Assembly: GCA_024278955.1 (NCBI GenBank)
Contig: JAJRSE010000050.1
Span: forward strand, 1,474-65,473
Origin: Planctomycetota bacterium
GTDB taxonomy: Bacteria; Planctomycetota; Planctomycetia; Pirellulales; Lacipirellulaceae
Length of the DNA: 64,000 bases
Reading direction: 5' to 3'
This document shows, piece by piece, positions 19,284 through 29,298 of this stretch. The notes beneath the pieces are model-generated. The model searched no databases, was not told the origin of the DNA, and worked only from the letters and a program-made list of their open reading frames with translations. The position numbers and the translations under genes were made by a program. Positions within the stretch are counted from its first letter, which is position 1, and the number at the start of each line of letters is the position of its first letter.

Positions 19284-21113
19284 GTGCCGTCGTTGTTTGT
19301 TATCCAAGGAAGCGATCAGGGAACACGCTTCTTGCTGGAAGAACCCGTTCATTCGATCGGTCGTACTCAGAACAATTCTGTACGACTGCACGACACCGAG
19401 ATTTCGCGCGCCCATGCCGAGTTGTTTCTTCGCGGCAAAAACTACGTGCTCCGCGATATGGGAAGCTCCAACGGCACCTTTGTGAATGGCCAGGCAGCGA
19501 CCGAACACGAGCTCGTAAGCGGCGACCAAATCCAAATAGGCAAGTCGCTACTGCTTTACACTGGTTTTGTTGAAGAAGCCAGCGAGAACCTCGCCGACAA
19601 AATCGACATCGTTGCACGAGCAGCCCAAAACGACGAGTCCCGAATTGTCGCCGCGTTAAGCCATTCGGAAGGCAGCGAATGGTTGATGCCCGAGGCGGGC
19701 GAATCTTCAAATCCTTGGATCGCACGCGCTCGAAGCAATCTGCAAATTATGTATCGTACAGCGCTTGCCGTAAGCCACACGATGGACATCGATCAGCTGC
19801 TTGCCCGGATCATGGAAATGATTTTCGATTGGGTCGACGCCGACCGTGGCTGCATCATGCTCAAAGACAATCAAGCCGACAAGCTCGTGCCGAAAGTGCG
19901 CAGACACCGCCGAGGGGTGCGGTCGGACGAAAAAATCACGATCAGCAAAACCATTCTCGACTACGTCGTCGAACATAACGAAGGCGTCCTCACCAGCGAC
20001 GCCCGCGACGACAAGCGTTGGGACCCGGCCCAAAGCATTGTCAAGTTAGGCGTCCGCGAAGCCATCTGTGTTCCGATGCAAGGGCGTTACAACATGGTGG
20101 GCGTAATTTACATCGATACTTCGATTACGCCCCAGCGGATGCTGTTGAACGAAGGCAAGGCCGATCAGTTTACCGAAGAACATCTCCGACTGATGATCGC
20201 GATCGCCCATCAAGCTGCTTTAGCCATTGAAGACACTTCGTACTACAAAGCGATGGTCCAGGCCGAGCGTCTTGCTGCAGTTGGGCAGACGATTGCCTCG
20301 CTTTCGCATCACATAAAAAATATTCTCCAAGGAGTACGAGGCGGCAGCTACTTGATCGAATTGGGCCTCGGCGACCACGAGGGAGTCGCCGGACTCGACG
20401 ACTCCGACGACGAGAAGGCGGCCAAAGCCGTTGATACGATTCGTAAGGGATGGAAAATCGTCGAGCGCAACCAACAGCGTATCTCTTCGCTTGTGATGGA
20501 TATGCTTACTTTCAGCAAAGAACGTCAGCCCGAGCCCAAACCTTCCGATCTCAACGAGGTGGCCGGCGAAGTGGCCGAGCTTATGCAATCTCGCGCTGGC
20601 GAGCTTGGCGTCGAACTTCAATGGCTTCCTGCGGACGAGATGCCGATCTTGATGTTCGACCCCGAGGCAATGCACAGCGCGATTCTCAACGTCATTACCA
20701 ACGCTTTGGACGCCTGCGAAGAAGCAGAGATCGGCAAAGTTACGGTACAAGCGAAGTACGACCACGACAGCAAAATGGCCCGCCTCGAAATCCAAGACAA
20801 CGGAGCCGGTATTGCCCCTGACGATTTGGAATCGATCTTCAATGTTTTCGTCTCGCACAAAGGAGGACGCGGCACTGGCCTCGGCCTGCCTGTGAGCCAA
20901 AAAATCCTTGAAGAGCACGGTGGAAAAATCACGGTTGATAGCAATATCGACGCGGGGAGCCGCTTTACGCTTGAGTTTCCCGCAAATCCCCAAGCGGCTG
21001 CCCACGAACCTTCCGAGGCTCAAGCGGGGCCAACTCTCGCTTCTGCCGACTTAGCTTCCCCCGATCTGGCCTCTGCCGACCTTTCCGATCTTTCTGACAC
21101 CTCTTCGCCCTGA
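19284..21113 (+). CDS. FHA-GAF-histidine kinase
   Basis: FHA (IGR..N, ISRAHA, DMGSSNGTFVNG), GAF (AICVPM..GVIYID), H-box (LSHHIKN), N/G boxes (ITNALDA, DNGAGI, GTGLGL). Confidence 0.92.
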   Translation: MPSLFVIQGSDQGTRFLLEEPVHSIGRTQNNSVRLHDTEISRAHAELFLRGKNYVLRDMGSSNGTFVNGQAATEHELVSGDQIQIGKSLLLYTGFVEEASENLADKIDIVARAAQNDESRIVAALSHSEGSEWLMPEAGESSNPWIARARSNLQIMYRTALAVSHTMDIDQLLARIMEMIFDWVDADRGCIMLKDNQADKLVPKVRRHRRGVRSDEKITISKTILDYVVEHNEGVLTSDARDDKRWDPAQSIVKLGVREAICVPMQGRYNMVGVIYIDTSITPQRMLLNEGKADQFTEEHLRLMIAIAHQAALAIEDTSYYKAMVQAERLAAVGQTIASLSHHIKNILQGVRGGSYLIELGLGDHEGVAGLDDSDDEKAAKAVDTIRKGWKIVERNQQRISSLVMDMLTFSKERQPEPKPSDLNEVAGEVAELMQSRAGELGVELQWLPADEMPILMFDPEAMHSAILNVITNALDACEEAEIGKVTVQAKYDHDSKMARLEIQDNGAGIAPDDLESIFNVFVSHKGGRGTGLGLPVSQKILEEHGGKITVDSNIDAGSRFTLEFPANPQAAAHEPSEAQAGPTLASADLASPDLASADLSDLSDTSSP

Positions 21114-21155
21114 ACGGGTTGCGACGTTCCACACACGAGCGTACCTCCAAACGCA

Positions 21156-21770
21156 ATGGCTGACGTCTTCGATAAATCGGCAATAATCAAGAAAACGTTT
21201 CTCGAACATGTCGAGGTTTTCGAGACCCTTGGTTCGACCCAAGATCGTGCCCTCACGCTTGCCAACGATCCTTCGATTGTTCTCCCTGCACTGGTTATTT
21301 CTGAACGCCAGACAGCGGGCCGCGGGCGCAGCGGTTCTAGCTGGTGGTCGCCGGAGGGAGCATTGTTGCTAAGCCTGGTTCTCCCGCTCCCAAAAAAATT
21401 CGCCGAGCCTGGTAGTTCTGGCCAACTCTCGCTAACGATTGCTCGAGCTATTGCAGACTATGTGCAAGAAACACTTGGGAAGAGCGAAATGGCCGGCGCG
21501 GTTCGAGTTAAACCGCCAAACGACGTCTACCTCGCCGACGCCAAAATCGCTGGCCTGATAATCGACGTGCCTCACCACGCTGGTCGCAGCCAGCGGCAGG
21601 CAATTGTCGGCCTCGGCCTCAACGTCAACAACGATGGCAACCAAAGTCCCAAAGACGTCCAAGTTCGTGTCACTTCAATCAGCGAACAAACCGGTCAGAA
21701 ACACAACATGCAACAATCGCTAATCGCGTTGCTAGGGCATATCGAAAAAAGCCTGGAAAAAAAGAACTAG
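21156..21770 (+). CDS. birA: Biotin-[acetyl-CoA carboxylase] ligase (no HTH)
   Basis: STQD, QTAGRGR..W.SP.G.L..S, VKPPNDVY..AKIAG, GLGLNVN. Confidence 0.88.
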   Translation: MADVFDKSAIIKKTFLEHVEVFETLGSTQDRALTLANDPSIVLPALVISERQTAGRGRSGSSWWSPEGALLLSLVLPLPKKFAEPGSSGQLSLTIARAIADYVQETLGKSEMAGAVRVKPPNDVYLADAKIAGLIIDVPHHAGRSQRQAIVGLGLNVNNDGNQSPKDVQVRVTSISEQTGQKHNMQQSLIALLGHIEKSLEKKN

Positions 21771-22038
21771 CCATTTCCCCATTCTCTAGGCAACCTCTAA
21801 GAATCCATTTCCACGTTCGCCGCACTCATTGCGTGCGATTTTGCTGAAGAAACCACCGGTCAGAGCCTAATTTGGCCGGATTGTTATTGGTATTCCTGCC
21901 TGTTTTTCTTCTCTGGAAGGCCGATTTTCGTCGGCTTTTCCATCGTCAGCGTCCACTTTTCCCATCCGCTGCTCTTCTTCGATATCAGGAGCACTGCCAA
22001 GTAGCCAACCAGGCAGGAAGAATAGAGGAAATCCCGGC

Positions 22039-22509
22039 TTACTTTGGTGTTTGTTTCGGCTTCGATAAAAATGGCCTTAGCTCATCAACGAAGTCTCCTG
22101 CGTCGGCGAACTGCCGGTACACGCTGGCAAAGCGAACAAAGGCAACCTCGTCGAGGTCGCGCAGATGATCCATGACCAACTCGCCTAGCCGGCGGCTGTC
22201 AATTTCGGATTCAAAGGACGAGTAAACGTCGTTCTCGATTGCTGCGACCGTGCGATCGATATCTCGATCGCTAATCGGCCGCTTCCAACAGGCACGTTCT
22301 AGGCCGTACTTGATCTTGTCTCGCGAGAAGGGGGCACGAGACCCATCCTTCTTGACTACCTTAATTGCCGACTCCTCAATGCGTTCGTAGGTCGTGTAAC
22401 GACGTTTGCATTTAAGGCACTGTCGGCGCCGGCGGATAGCATAGCCGTCCTGGCAAGCACGGGAATCGATCACGCGGTCGTTGTCCATACGACAAAATGG
22501 GCATTTCAT
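22039..22509 (-). CDS. nrdR: Transcriptional repressor NrdR
   Basis: MKCPFC..DRVIDSR..IRRRRQCLKCKRRYTTYE; ATP cone; LDEVAFVRFASVYRQF. Confidence 0.97.
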   Translation of the reverse strand: MKCPFCRMDNDRVIDSRACQDGYAIRRRRQCLKCKRRYTTYERIEESAIKVVKKDGSRAPFSRDKIKYGLERACWKRPISDRDIDRTVAAIENDVYSSFESEIDSRRLGELVMDHLRDLDEVAFVRFASVYRQFADAGDFVDELRPFLSKPKQTPK

Positions 22510-22784
22510 AGTCATCACTATACACGAGCCCGGCATCCAGTAAACCGCCTCGCCCAAACTCTCTCGAAACAAGTTGCTTGGTTATGTCGTTCAAGAGAGA
22601 ACCAGCAAGTCTCAGCGGCAAATAGCACCTTGCGATGCAGTAAAAGGTGCTGCAAGTCAATGAAGAGATGCCAGTCATCCATTAGTTACAAGTTTGTTTT
22701 TTCTCCATCCCCCCCCGAATGACAAGGTACTCTCGAAATGACGATCCTAGTATTCAATACTGACAAAGCACTCGTTGCGGCTTG

Positions 22785-23603
22785 TCACCGGCGTATCAGC
22801 TGCGAGAAATCTTCGCGGTTGGCATGCATGATTGCTTTGGGGGTGACGTATGCCCGGGCTTTGGTTTCCTCAAAAGTGCCGCTGTGCTGGATGAGGCCTT
22901 CTTTGTACGCGAGTTTGTCGGAGTAGCCAGGGAGCAAAATATGGTAGTCGTAGCGCAATCGGTTGGGGACAATACGGTTGATGTGTCGTGCGATGTTGGT
23001 TGTGCAGTTGTTGGTGACCGTATTGTAAAATTCGGGGCGGCTTGCGAGCTCGTTGGTGCGACCTAGTACGTCGACTAAAAGTTGCCGCGATTGCTCGGGG
23101 GTTGCGGTCGTGCGGTACAGATAGACGTCCTCGCCGCGGTTGTTGGCGCGTACCAGAACAGCGTCGCGTTCGTCGGCTAGTACGTACATCAGCTCGTATT
23201 GCCGGGCAGTGCCCTTCCAGGCAGCGTACTCCTCGCCTTCTTCTTTGCGAATTTCCACGCTTGCGATAAGGTGCTCTTTTTTCCCCTCGTCAGAAACGAA
23301 CTCAAAGCTCAGCATGGTGTGAGCAATGGCCGGCATGTTCTCGAAGGGGATGATAAAGAAGTCGACACTTTTCAGATCGTTGAGATCATAGGTTTGATCG
23401 TAGTGGTTGACGACATAAGCGTCTTCGTTGAAATAACGGCAATACCGAACATTGCGAACCGTGACTCGATTGCCTTGAAACTGCGCGTAAGGCAACACCG
23501 CTTGGTCGGCAGACCAATTTCGAGCATTGGAGGGTGCAAGGACTTTAGTAAATCCAGAACAACCTAAGCAGGTAGCGACCAGTAGCAGCAGAGTTGCCCG
23601 CAT
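22785..23603 (-). CDS. DUF4105 domain lipoprotein
   Basis: Lipobox-like CLGC; AHTMLSFEF, SVEIRKE, RQYELMYV.ADERD, FYNTVTNNCTT. Confidence 0.8.
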   Translation of the reverse strand: MRATLLLLVATCLGCSGFTKVLAPSNARNWSADQAVLPYAQFQGNRVTVRNVRYCRYFNEDAYVVNHYDQTYDLNDLKSVDFFIIPFENMPAIAHTMLSFEFVSDEGKKEHLIASVEIRKEEGEEYAAWKGTARQYELMYVLADERDAVLVRANNRGEDVYLYRTTATPEQSRQLLVDVLGRTNELASRPEFYNTVTNNCTTNIARHINRIVPNRLRYDYHILLPGYSDKLAYKEGLIQHSGTFEETKARAYVTPKAIMHANREDFSQLIRR

Positions 23604-23766
23604 GGCGTGTTCGATAGATCGAGTTGGAAAAAAGAAAAGCGAGGAAGCTTAGCTAGCCGAGGGAATTGAGACAAGAGAAAAAGAGCAGAGAGGTATTAGC
23701 TAGCAGTCGCTCTCTTGATAAGATAGAGAAAACGCCACCTAAGCTTCTCTCGATTGGATTCCCGTC

Positions 23767-25053
23767 ATGACGACTCCCAGCCATCCCCTGATTCGCCCTC
23801 TTGAGCTTGTGCCGCTCGGGGAAGACCGCGAGGGGAGGTATGCCTTGCGAGACCCTTTTAGCATTTCTAGCACGGTCGCGTTAACGTTTGAGGCGGCGAT
23901 GTTGGTGACGATGATGAACGGCGAGCGGTCGCACGAGGAGTTACGGAAGCATCTTGCGGAAAAGTATAGCGGCGTACTTACCTTGCCAGAGATCGAGCGT
24001 GTGGTGAACCAGCTCGACGAAGAGTATTTTTTGGAGAACGATCGGTTTGAGCAGCACAAGAAACAGGTGATTAGTGAGTACGAGTCTCTAGAGATTCGCC
24101 CCGCGGCGCATGCTGGAGCGGCTTATCCTCGGGACGAAAAATCGATTCGCGAGCAGCTCGGCGAATTCTTTACCTGCAAACAAGGGCCAGGCCTTTTGCC
24201 TACAGAAGGCGGCACAGCGAGCGACTACACTTCGGAGGCGGTCCAGCGGCTTTGCGGGGTGATGAGCCCCCATATCGACTTTCAGCGTGGGGGGCCAACA
24301 TTCGCATGGGCGTACGACCGGATCGTTACCGAGTCGACCGCCAAGGTGTTTGTGATTCTTGGGACGGCGCATACTCCCTTGCAAGGAATGTACAGTGTGT
24401 CGAAAAAACATTTCGATACTCCGCTGGGGACGGTTGCGACCGACCGCGATTTTATCGACTCGCTTTCCCGACGCATGTCGTTGCTGTCGAGTGCAAAGGA
24501 AACGGCGGTCGACTTCGACGACGAATTTCCGCATCGCAAAGAGCACTCGATTGAGTTTCAGGCTTTGATGCTTCAGTATATCCTTGGAGGGCAACGCGAT
24601 TTCAAAATTGTGCCGATCCTTGTGGGTTCGTTTGCCTCGTTTGTGAGCAAAAACTGTTCTCCCGGCGATTCGCCTGCCGTAGCTGACTTTGTGGCAGCAC
24701 TGCGAGAGACGATCGGTGCCTGTGGCAGCGAGGTTTGCTTTATTGCGGGGGTCGACCTGGCACACATTGGCCAACAATTTGGCGACGAGCAGTTGCTCGA
24801 GAAGAGCCGGCTTACAGAACAATGGACCGACGACCAACAGCTGCTTGCCGCTGCCTGCGAGGGCGACCCCGAGGCGTGGTTTATTCATGTCGCTGCCCAA
24901 CAAGATCGCAACCGAATCTGTGGGCTAGCGCCAACTTATACGATGCTCGAAGCCATGCGCCCCGATCGAGGCGAGCTGCTAAAGTACGACCAAGCGGTTG
25001 CCGAAGACGGCAGCTCGTGCGTGAGCTTTGCGAGTGCCGCTTTTTATGTTTGA
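23767..25053 (+). CDS. MEMO1 family (AmmeMemoRadiSam protein B-like) with N-terminal extension
   Basis: RPAAHAGAAYP, MSPHIDFQRG, ILGTAH, FDTPLG, HRKEHSIEFQ, IAGVDLAHIG, ICGLAP, VSFAS. Confidence 0.88.
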   Translation: MTTPSHPLIRPLELVPLGEDREGRYALRDPFSISSTVALTFEAAMLVTMMNGERSHEELRKHLAEKYSGVLTLPEIERVVNQLDEEYFLENDRFEQHKKQVISEYESLEIRPAAHAGAAYPRDEKSIREQLGEFFTCKQGPGLLPTEGGTASDYTSEAVQRLCGVMSPHIDFQRGGPTFAWAYDRIVTESTAKVFVILGTAHTPLQGMYSVSKKHFDTPLGTVATDRDFIDSLSRRMSLLSSAKETAVDFDDEFPHRKEHSIEFQALMLQYILGGQRDFKIVPILVGSFASFVSKNCSPGDSPAVADFVAALRETIGACGSEVCFIAGVDLAHIGQQFGDEQLLEKSRLTEQWTDDQQLLAAACEGDPEAWFIHVAAQQDRNRICGLAPTYTMLEAMRPDRGELLKYDQAVAEDGSSCVSFASAAFYV

Positions 25054-25132
25054 TGTAGGATGTTTGATTGTTGATATAAAAACAAATTGAAAGTACCAAC
25101 ACATCAACAATCAAACATCTCACATCAAACAT
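25046..25132. repeat. Inverted repeat built from 7-bp tandem units between convergent genes (possible bidirectional terminator)
   Basis: 30-bp arms 25046-25075 and 25103-25132 with 28/30 complementarity. Confidence 0.8.
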
Positions 25133-25135
25133 TTC

Positions 25136-25990
25136 CTAGAGTCTGCAATTCGCGATTGCCGTTTCGAGAATGGCGGTTGCACCGAGGGTTTCTAAGCGCT
25201 CCATGATGTCGATGACCTCGCCTCGGCGGACCATGGCTCGAACGCTGTGCCAATTTTTGTCTTCAAGCCGATTGACGGTTGGCGAATTGAAGCCGGGGGT
25301 GATCTTTTCGGCTTCGGTCAATTTACCGGAAGGGACGTTGTATTCTAAGAGCGAGTAGGCACGGGCGATGACTACCCCTTCGAGGCGGCGAACGATACGG
25401 TCGGCTAACTCGGCGTGCTGAGTGTTAGGGTTTTGAACAAGTACGGTCTCGTAGCTTCCGATTTCGTCGAGTATGCGTAGGCGATTAGCAGCCAGCGTGC
25501 TGCCGGTTTCGACGAGATCGACAATCGCGTCGGCAACCCCCAGGGCGATCATTACTTCGACCGAGCCGGTCAGCTCGACCGTGTGTGCCGTGGCGCCGTG
25601 TCCCGCGAGATATTCTTGGGTGACATGCGGGAAACTAGTGGCAACCCGTTTGCCATCGAGATCCGCAGGTTTTTCGATGTTGCCTTTTTCGGGCACACAA
25701 ACGGCTAGGCGGCAATTGCCTACGCCTAGGCTGAGTCGGGTGGTTAGCTCGACGCCGCTTTCGGCAACGAGATCGCCGCCGGTGATGCCGAGATCGATCG
25801 CCCCCTCGGCGCAAAGCACCGAAATATCGTCAGTTCGCAGGAAGGTGACGTCGATCGGCATATCGCGCACTCGGGCAAAGAGGCTACGGTCTTGCCGGCG
25901 GAAACGTAGGCCGGCCTCTTTGAGCAGTTGTTTGGCGAGGTCGGCTAAGCGTCCCTTGCTAGGGATGCCGATGCGAAGGTTTTCGGTCAT
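25136..25990 (-). CDS. hisG: ATP phosphoribosyltransferase, long form
   Basis: LRIGIPSKGRL, FLRTDDI, DLGITG.D, VATSFP, GSVE, ADAIVDLVETGSTL, C-terminal regulatory domain; start ATG 25990. Confidence 0.95.
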   Translation of the reverse strand: MTENLRIGIPSKGRLADLAKQLLKEAGLRFRRQDRSLFARVRDMPIDVTFLRTDDISVLCAEGAIDLGITGGDLVAESGVELTTRLSLGVGNCRLAVCVPEKGNIEKPADLDGKRVATSFPHVTQEYLAGHGATAHTVELTGSVEVMIALGVADAIVDLVETGSTLAANRLRILDEIGSYETVLVQNPNTQHAELADRIVRRLEGVVIARAYSLLEYNVPSGKLTEAEKITPGFNSPTVNRLEDKNWHSVRAMVRRGEVIDIMERLETLGATAILETAIANCRL

Positions 25991-25994
25991 TGGG

Positions 25995-26058
25995 GTGGGA
26001 CTGTGGGACTGTGGGATTGTGGGACTTATAATCTCGCTACTCACGACTCGCGACTCAC
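25995..26058. repeat. Short tandem repeats between hisE and hisG
   Basis: (GTGGGAYT)x4 at 25995-26026, then CTCGCTA CTCACGA CTCGCGA CTCAC. Confidence 0.7.
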
Positions 26059-26405
26059 TTCCGCGATGCTTTTTCTTCTAAACCAGAGACACCGAAGCGA
26101 CGTGCAAGTTCAGATTCGACTTCTTCAAGTTTGACCTCTCGGGCAGCCAGCAAGACCAGCAAGTGGTAGAGCAGGTCAGCGGCTTCAAGAATTGTATGTT
26201 GTCGGCCTTCTTCGCCGGATTCTCCGGCCGCCTCGACCACTTCAGCAGCCTCTTCGGTAATTTTACTGCCGATTTTTTTGACACCTCCCGCCAGCAGCTT
26301 GGCGGTATACGACTTTTGGTCGGAGGCTGCCTTACGGAAGGAGATCGTCTCTTCGAGCAGGTCGAGGGGACGACGATCGTTGGGTTGTGGTTGCTGGTCC
26401 GGCAT
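26055..26405 (-). CDS. hisE: Phosphoribosyl-ATP pyrophosphatase
   Basis: SYTAKLL..G..KIGSKITEEAAEV..EAADLLYHLLVLL..VESELARRFG; only the 3' end of track ORF 26055..27398 is real. Confidence 0.93.
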   Translation of the reverse strand: MPDQQPQPNDRRPLDLLEETISFRKAASDQKSYTAKLLAGGVKKIGSKITEEAAEVVEAAGESGEEGRQHTILEAADLLYHLLVLLAAREVKLEEVESELARRFGVSGLEEKASRK

Positions 26406-26564
26406 CGGAATCCTAGGAAGTGGGCGCCTTCCCTGTTTGGGGCTATAGGATAACAATGGAGGGCAGACTTGAAGTGAATCGTATAGTTTAGATGCCGGCT
26501 TGCAGTGTGGCAATCGCCTCCCTGGCGGCTGGTTTTTTTGGGACGAGTGAGACCGTATCCGCCG

Positions 26565-27503
26565 ATGGAAGAATCTTTGCCGATCGAGAATTGTTGGTTT
26601 CTTACCGGGGCAACTGCTGTGGGGAAGTCTCAGGTCGGTTTGATACTGGCCGAGAAGCTTGGAGCGGAGATCCTGTCGCTCGATTCGATGGCGATTTATC
26701 GTGGAATGGACATCGGAACGGCCAAGCCAACTGCTGACCAGCAAGCTCGGGTACCGCATCATTTGATTGATGTTGCGGAGCCCGACGAAGACTACAGCAT
26801 CGATCGCTATCTTGTGGCTGCCCATGCCAAGGTTGCTGAGGTCAGGGGTCGGGGGCTTCAGGTGCTTTTTATTGGGGGGACGCCGCTGTACTTGAAAGCA
26901 CTGCTCCGAGGCCTCTCTTCTGGTCCGCCGGCGAATTGGGAGTTGCGAGCCGAAATCGAAGCGGAGGTGGCGGAGGTTGGCAATCAAGTCTTGCATGAGC
27001 GACTGGAACAACTCGACCCCTTGGCGGCTTCTCAGATTCATCCGCACGATACGCGGCGGCTGATTCGGGCGGTGGAAGTGTTCCGCGCAACGGGCGAGCC
27101 GATCAGTCATCATCAGTTGCAGTTCGAGGAGGGGCGCCCGGCTGAGGACTGTTGCGTGTTTGCTCTTCGGCGATCTCGTGAGGAGCAGCACGAACGGATC
27201 AACGCACGGGTCGACTCGATGATCGAGCGAGGGTTGGTCGAGGAAGTTCGGCAACTTACGTCGGACGGAAAAAAACTGGGGCGCACCGCAGGGCAGGCGG
27301 TTGGTTATCGTGAGGTAATCGACTATCTTGCCGGCGGAGATTCGGAGGTGATGCTTGCCAACATGAAAACTCGCACGCGACGATTCGCCAAGCGGCAAGG
27401 AACCTGGTTCCGTAGCCTTTGCGAATGTCGGTTCGTCGACCTCGAAGGCGAAATTGATGTCGAAGCGGTCGCCGACAAAATGATTGCCTCGGCAGGCGAG
27501 TAG
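26565..27503 (+). CDS. miaA: tRNA dimethylallyltransferase
   Basis: GATAVGKS, ILSLDSMAIYRGMDIGTAKP, VPHHLID, GGTPLYLKAL, RRLIRAVEV, AVGYRE, TRRFAKRQ.TWF. Confidence 0.96.
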   Translation: MEESLPIENCWFLTGATAVGKSQVGLILAEKLGAEILSLDSMAIYRGMDIGTAKPTADQQARVPHHLIDVAEPDEDYSIDRYLVAAHAKVAEVRGRGLQVLFIGGTPLYLKALLRGLSSGPPANWELRAEIEAEVAEVGNQVLHERLEQLDPLAASQIHPHDTRRLIRAVEVFRATGEPISHHQLQFEEGRPAEDCCVFALRRSREEQHERINARVDSMIERGLVEEVRQLTSDGKKLGRTAGQAVGYREVIDYLAGGDSEVMLANMKTRTRRFAKRQGTWFRSLCECRFVDLEGEIDVEAVADKMIASAGE

Positions 27504-27517
27504 TTGTTTCGTCGGAA

Positions 27518-28084
27518 TTACTTCCTGAAGTTTTCAGTTGCAAGTCTTTTTTTCATTCGTTCGGCTACTTCGCTAGTGATGTCGGCCCCCGGGGTATGGG
27601 TTAGCACGACCGATTGATTTTTTGTCAGCACGATGTCAAAGCCGCGTTGCTGAGCCACTTCGGCACAGATTTGTTCGGCTTGCCGTCGGTAGCTTTTGAT
27701 GATTTGGCTGCGTTGTTGGCTCAGATGTTGTTGGGCCTTAGTTTGTGCTTGACGCAGTTTTTTGTTGAGTTCTTCCTGGTAAGTGGCAAGGCGGACTTTT
27801 TGGTCTTCGGGAAGCTGATTGGCTGTGCCGACCGAGGTCGCGATCTCGGAATGTTTCTGTTCGAGTTGCTCGTTGAGCTTTTGCTGAAAGCCGACGAGTT
27901 GCTGTTTGACGGCCGACTGAGTTTCTGAAAGTTCGGCCGACCACTGTTCGCCAAGTCCAAGCTGATTGGCGACTTCGTCGAGATCGACGATCGCGACATT
28001 GCCCTGAGGGGCATTAACAGATTGTCCGCAACCTACGAGAAGGCAAGGTGCGAGACAGACGGCGGCAAACCAATGGCAAGACAT
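27518..28084 (-). CDS. OmpH/Skp family periplasmic chaperone (lipoprotein-like)
   Basis: LLVGC; VAIVDLDEV; long Q/E/K coiled coil; VAQQRGFDIVL..DITSEV; start ATG 28084. Confidence 0.8.
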   Translation of the reverse strand: MSCHWFAAVCLAPCLLVGCGQSVNAPQGNVAIVDLDEVANQLGLGEQWSAELSETQSAVKQQLVGFQQKLNEQLEQKHSEIATSVGTANQLPEDQKVRLATYQEELNKKLRQAQTKAQQHLSQQRSQIIKSYRRQAEQICAEVAQQRGFDIVLTKNQSVVLTHTPGADITSEVAERMKKRLATENFRK

Positions 28085-28494
28085 GGCGAACCCTCGGGCG
28101 TTTTTGATTGTTGGATGAGTAAGAATTGGGGTGGAAGGATAGAGATTCTTCGCCGAGGGGGCCAGGGAGGTTTTTGCTAGCATGGAAGAGGAAAAGCGGA
28201 ATAGTTGCTGGGCGCTAGTTGCTGGGCGATAGGTCGCTGGTTTTTCGAGTATGGGTGATGAGTTGTGAGTGGCCTTGTCGAACAATTCCTTCAGAACAAT
28301 CACATAACAGGCAAGAACGGAGTCGCCTAGTTTTAAGAAGGAGCTTTTCAATGGCGATCAAAGTTAAATCGAGTTACAAGGTGACTAATTGGAGAGGGCC
28401 TTGTTGACTAATCCATTTGGAAAGAACTTTCTGACAGGATGAACAGGGTTTTCGGGATAAGGGTTTGCGGTTGCCCACTGAAGGTTTCATCTTT

Positions 28495-29232
28495 TCAAAA
28501 GGTCTTCCTCAAAAAATCCCGCACTACTTCTCCCCCATCAAGCGTACAGCTCTCGGTCTCCGAATACCAGCTTTTGACGCATCGCATCTTGTTAAGCACA
28601 CTAAGCTGTGACCCTGCCGGGAAAGCAACCGTTATCTCGGCCTGCTCGCCCTCAAACCGCGTTTCGTTCGACGAAACCCAATTCAGGGCAACAAGCTGAT
28701 CGACCGACCGCTCGCCTGCTTGCCAGCTGGGAATTACTCGACGGGTATAGACTCGAGACGGTTGCGCATCGCTCAATTGCGTCTCTTTCTCGGTCGCACG
28801 AAAGCGAGCTTCCATCAGCGTCAATCCATTGTGTACGAGCCGGCTATTGCATCGGTCGTCCTCGCGTTCAACAACAATCGAGTCGGCATACCGTTTCGGA
28901 AATCCCCAAACTTCCCGGCCGATCGTAATCGGCAACGACTCGTCGAGAAACAAAGCAAGTGCAAACAGCCCCGGCTGCCCATCACAAACCACCGGCACGA
29001 AAATGCCAAGCTCGTGGTAAGGCTGCGGCAACGGCTTGGCCGCCGCAATGTGAACTGCATAGATCCAAAGCATTCCCTCCGGGTTCGCTGCGAGAGGCTC
29101 CGGCACAAGCGAAGCCAGCACTTTTGGAGGCAGCGTACACAGGAAATTCGCTCCTTCGAGCGGCCCTAACCGATAAGGCGGCGACGAGTACTCGGGCATA
29201 CAAAGCGGCATGCTATAAGGTGTTTCAGCCAT
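28495..29232 (-). CDS. Acetoacetate decarboxylase-family protein
   Basis: YSMP, LASLVPEPL, YHELG, GREVWGFPK (Schiff-base Lys motif); start ATG 29232. Confidence 0.82.
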   Translation of the reverse strand: MAETPYSMPLCMPEYSSPPYRLGPLEGANFLCTLPPKVLASLVPEPLAANPEGMLWIYAVHIAAAKPLPQPYHELGIFVPVVCDGQPGLFALALFLDESLPITIGREVWGFPKRYADSIVVEREDDRCNSRLVHNGLTLMEARFRATEKETQLSDAQPSRVYTRRVIPSWQAGERSVDQLVALNWVSSNETRFEGEQAEITVAFPAGSQLSVLNKMRCVKSWYSETESCTLDGGEVVRDFLRKTF

Positions 29233-29298
29233 CCTGTCTCTTCCTCTCCTGGTCGTTCTCAGCAAGCTTCGAGTTAAAAACAACTTGACGATCGCAGC

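Noticed and set aside
26406-27398. Apparent 330-aa N-terminal extension of HisE
   Set aside because: Antisense shadow of miaA; HisE homology starts at about 26405
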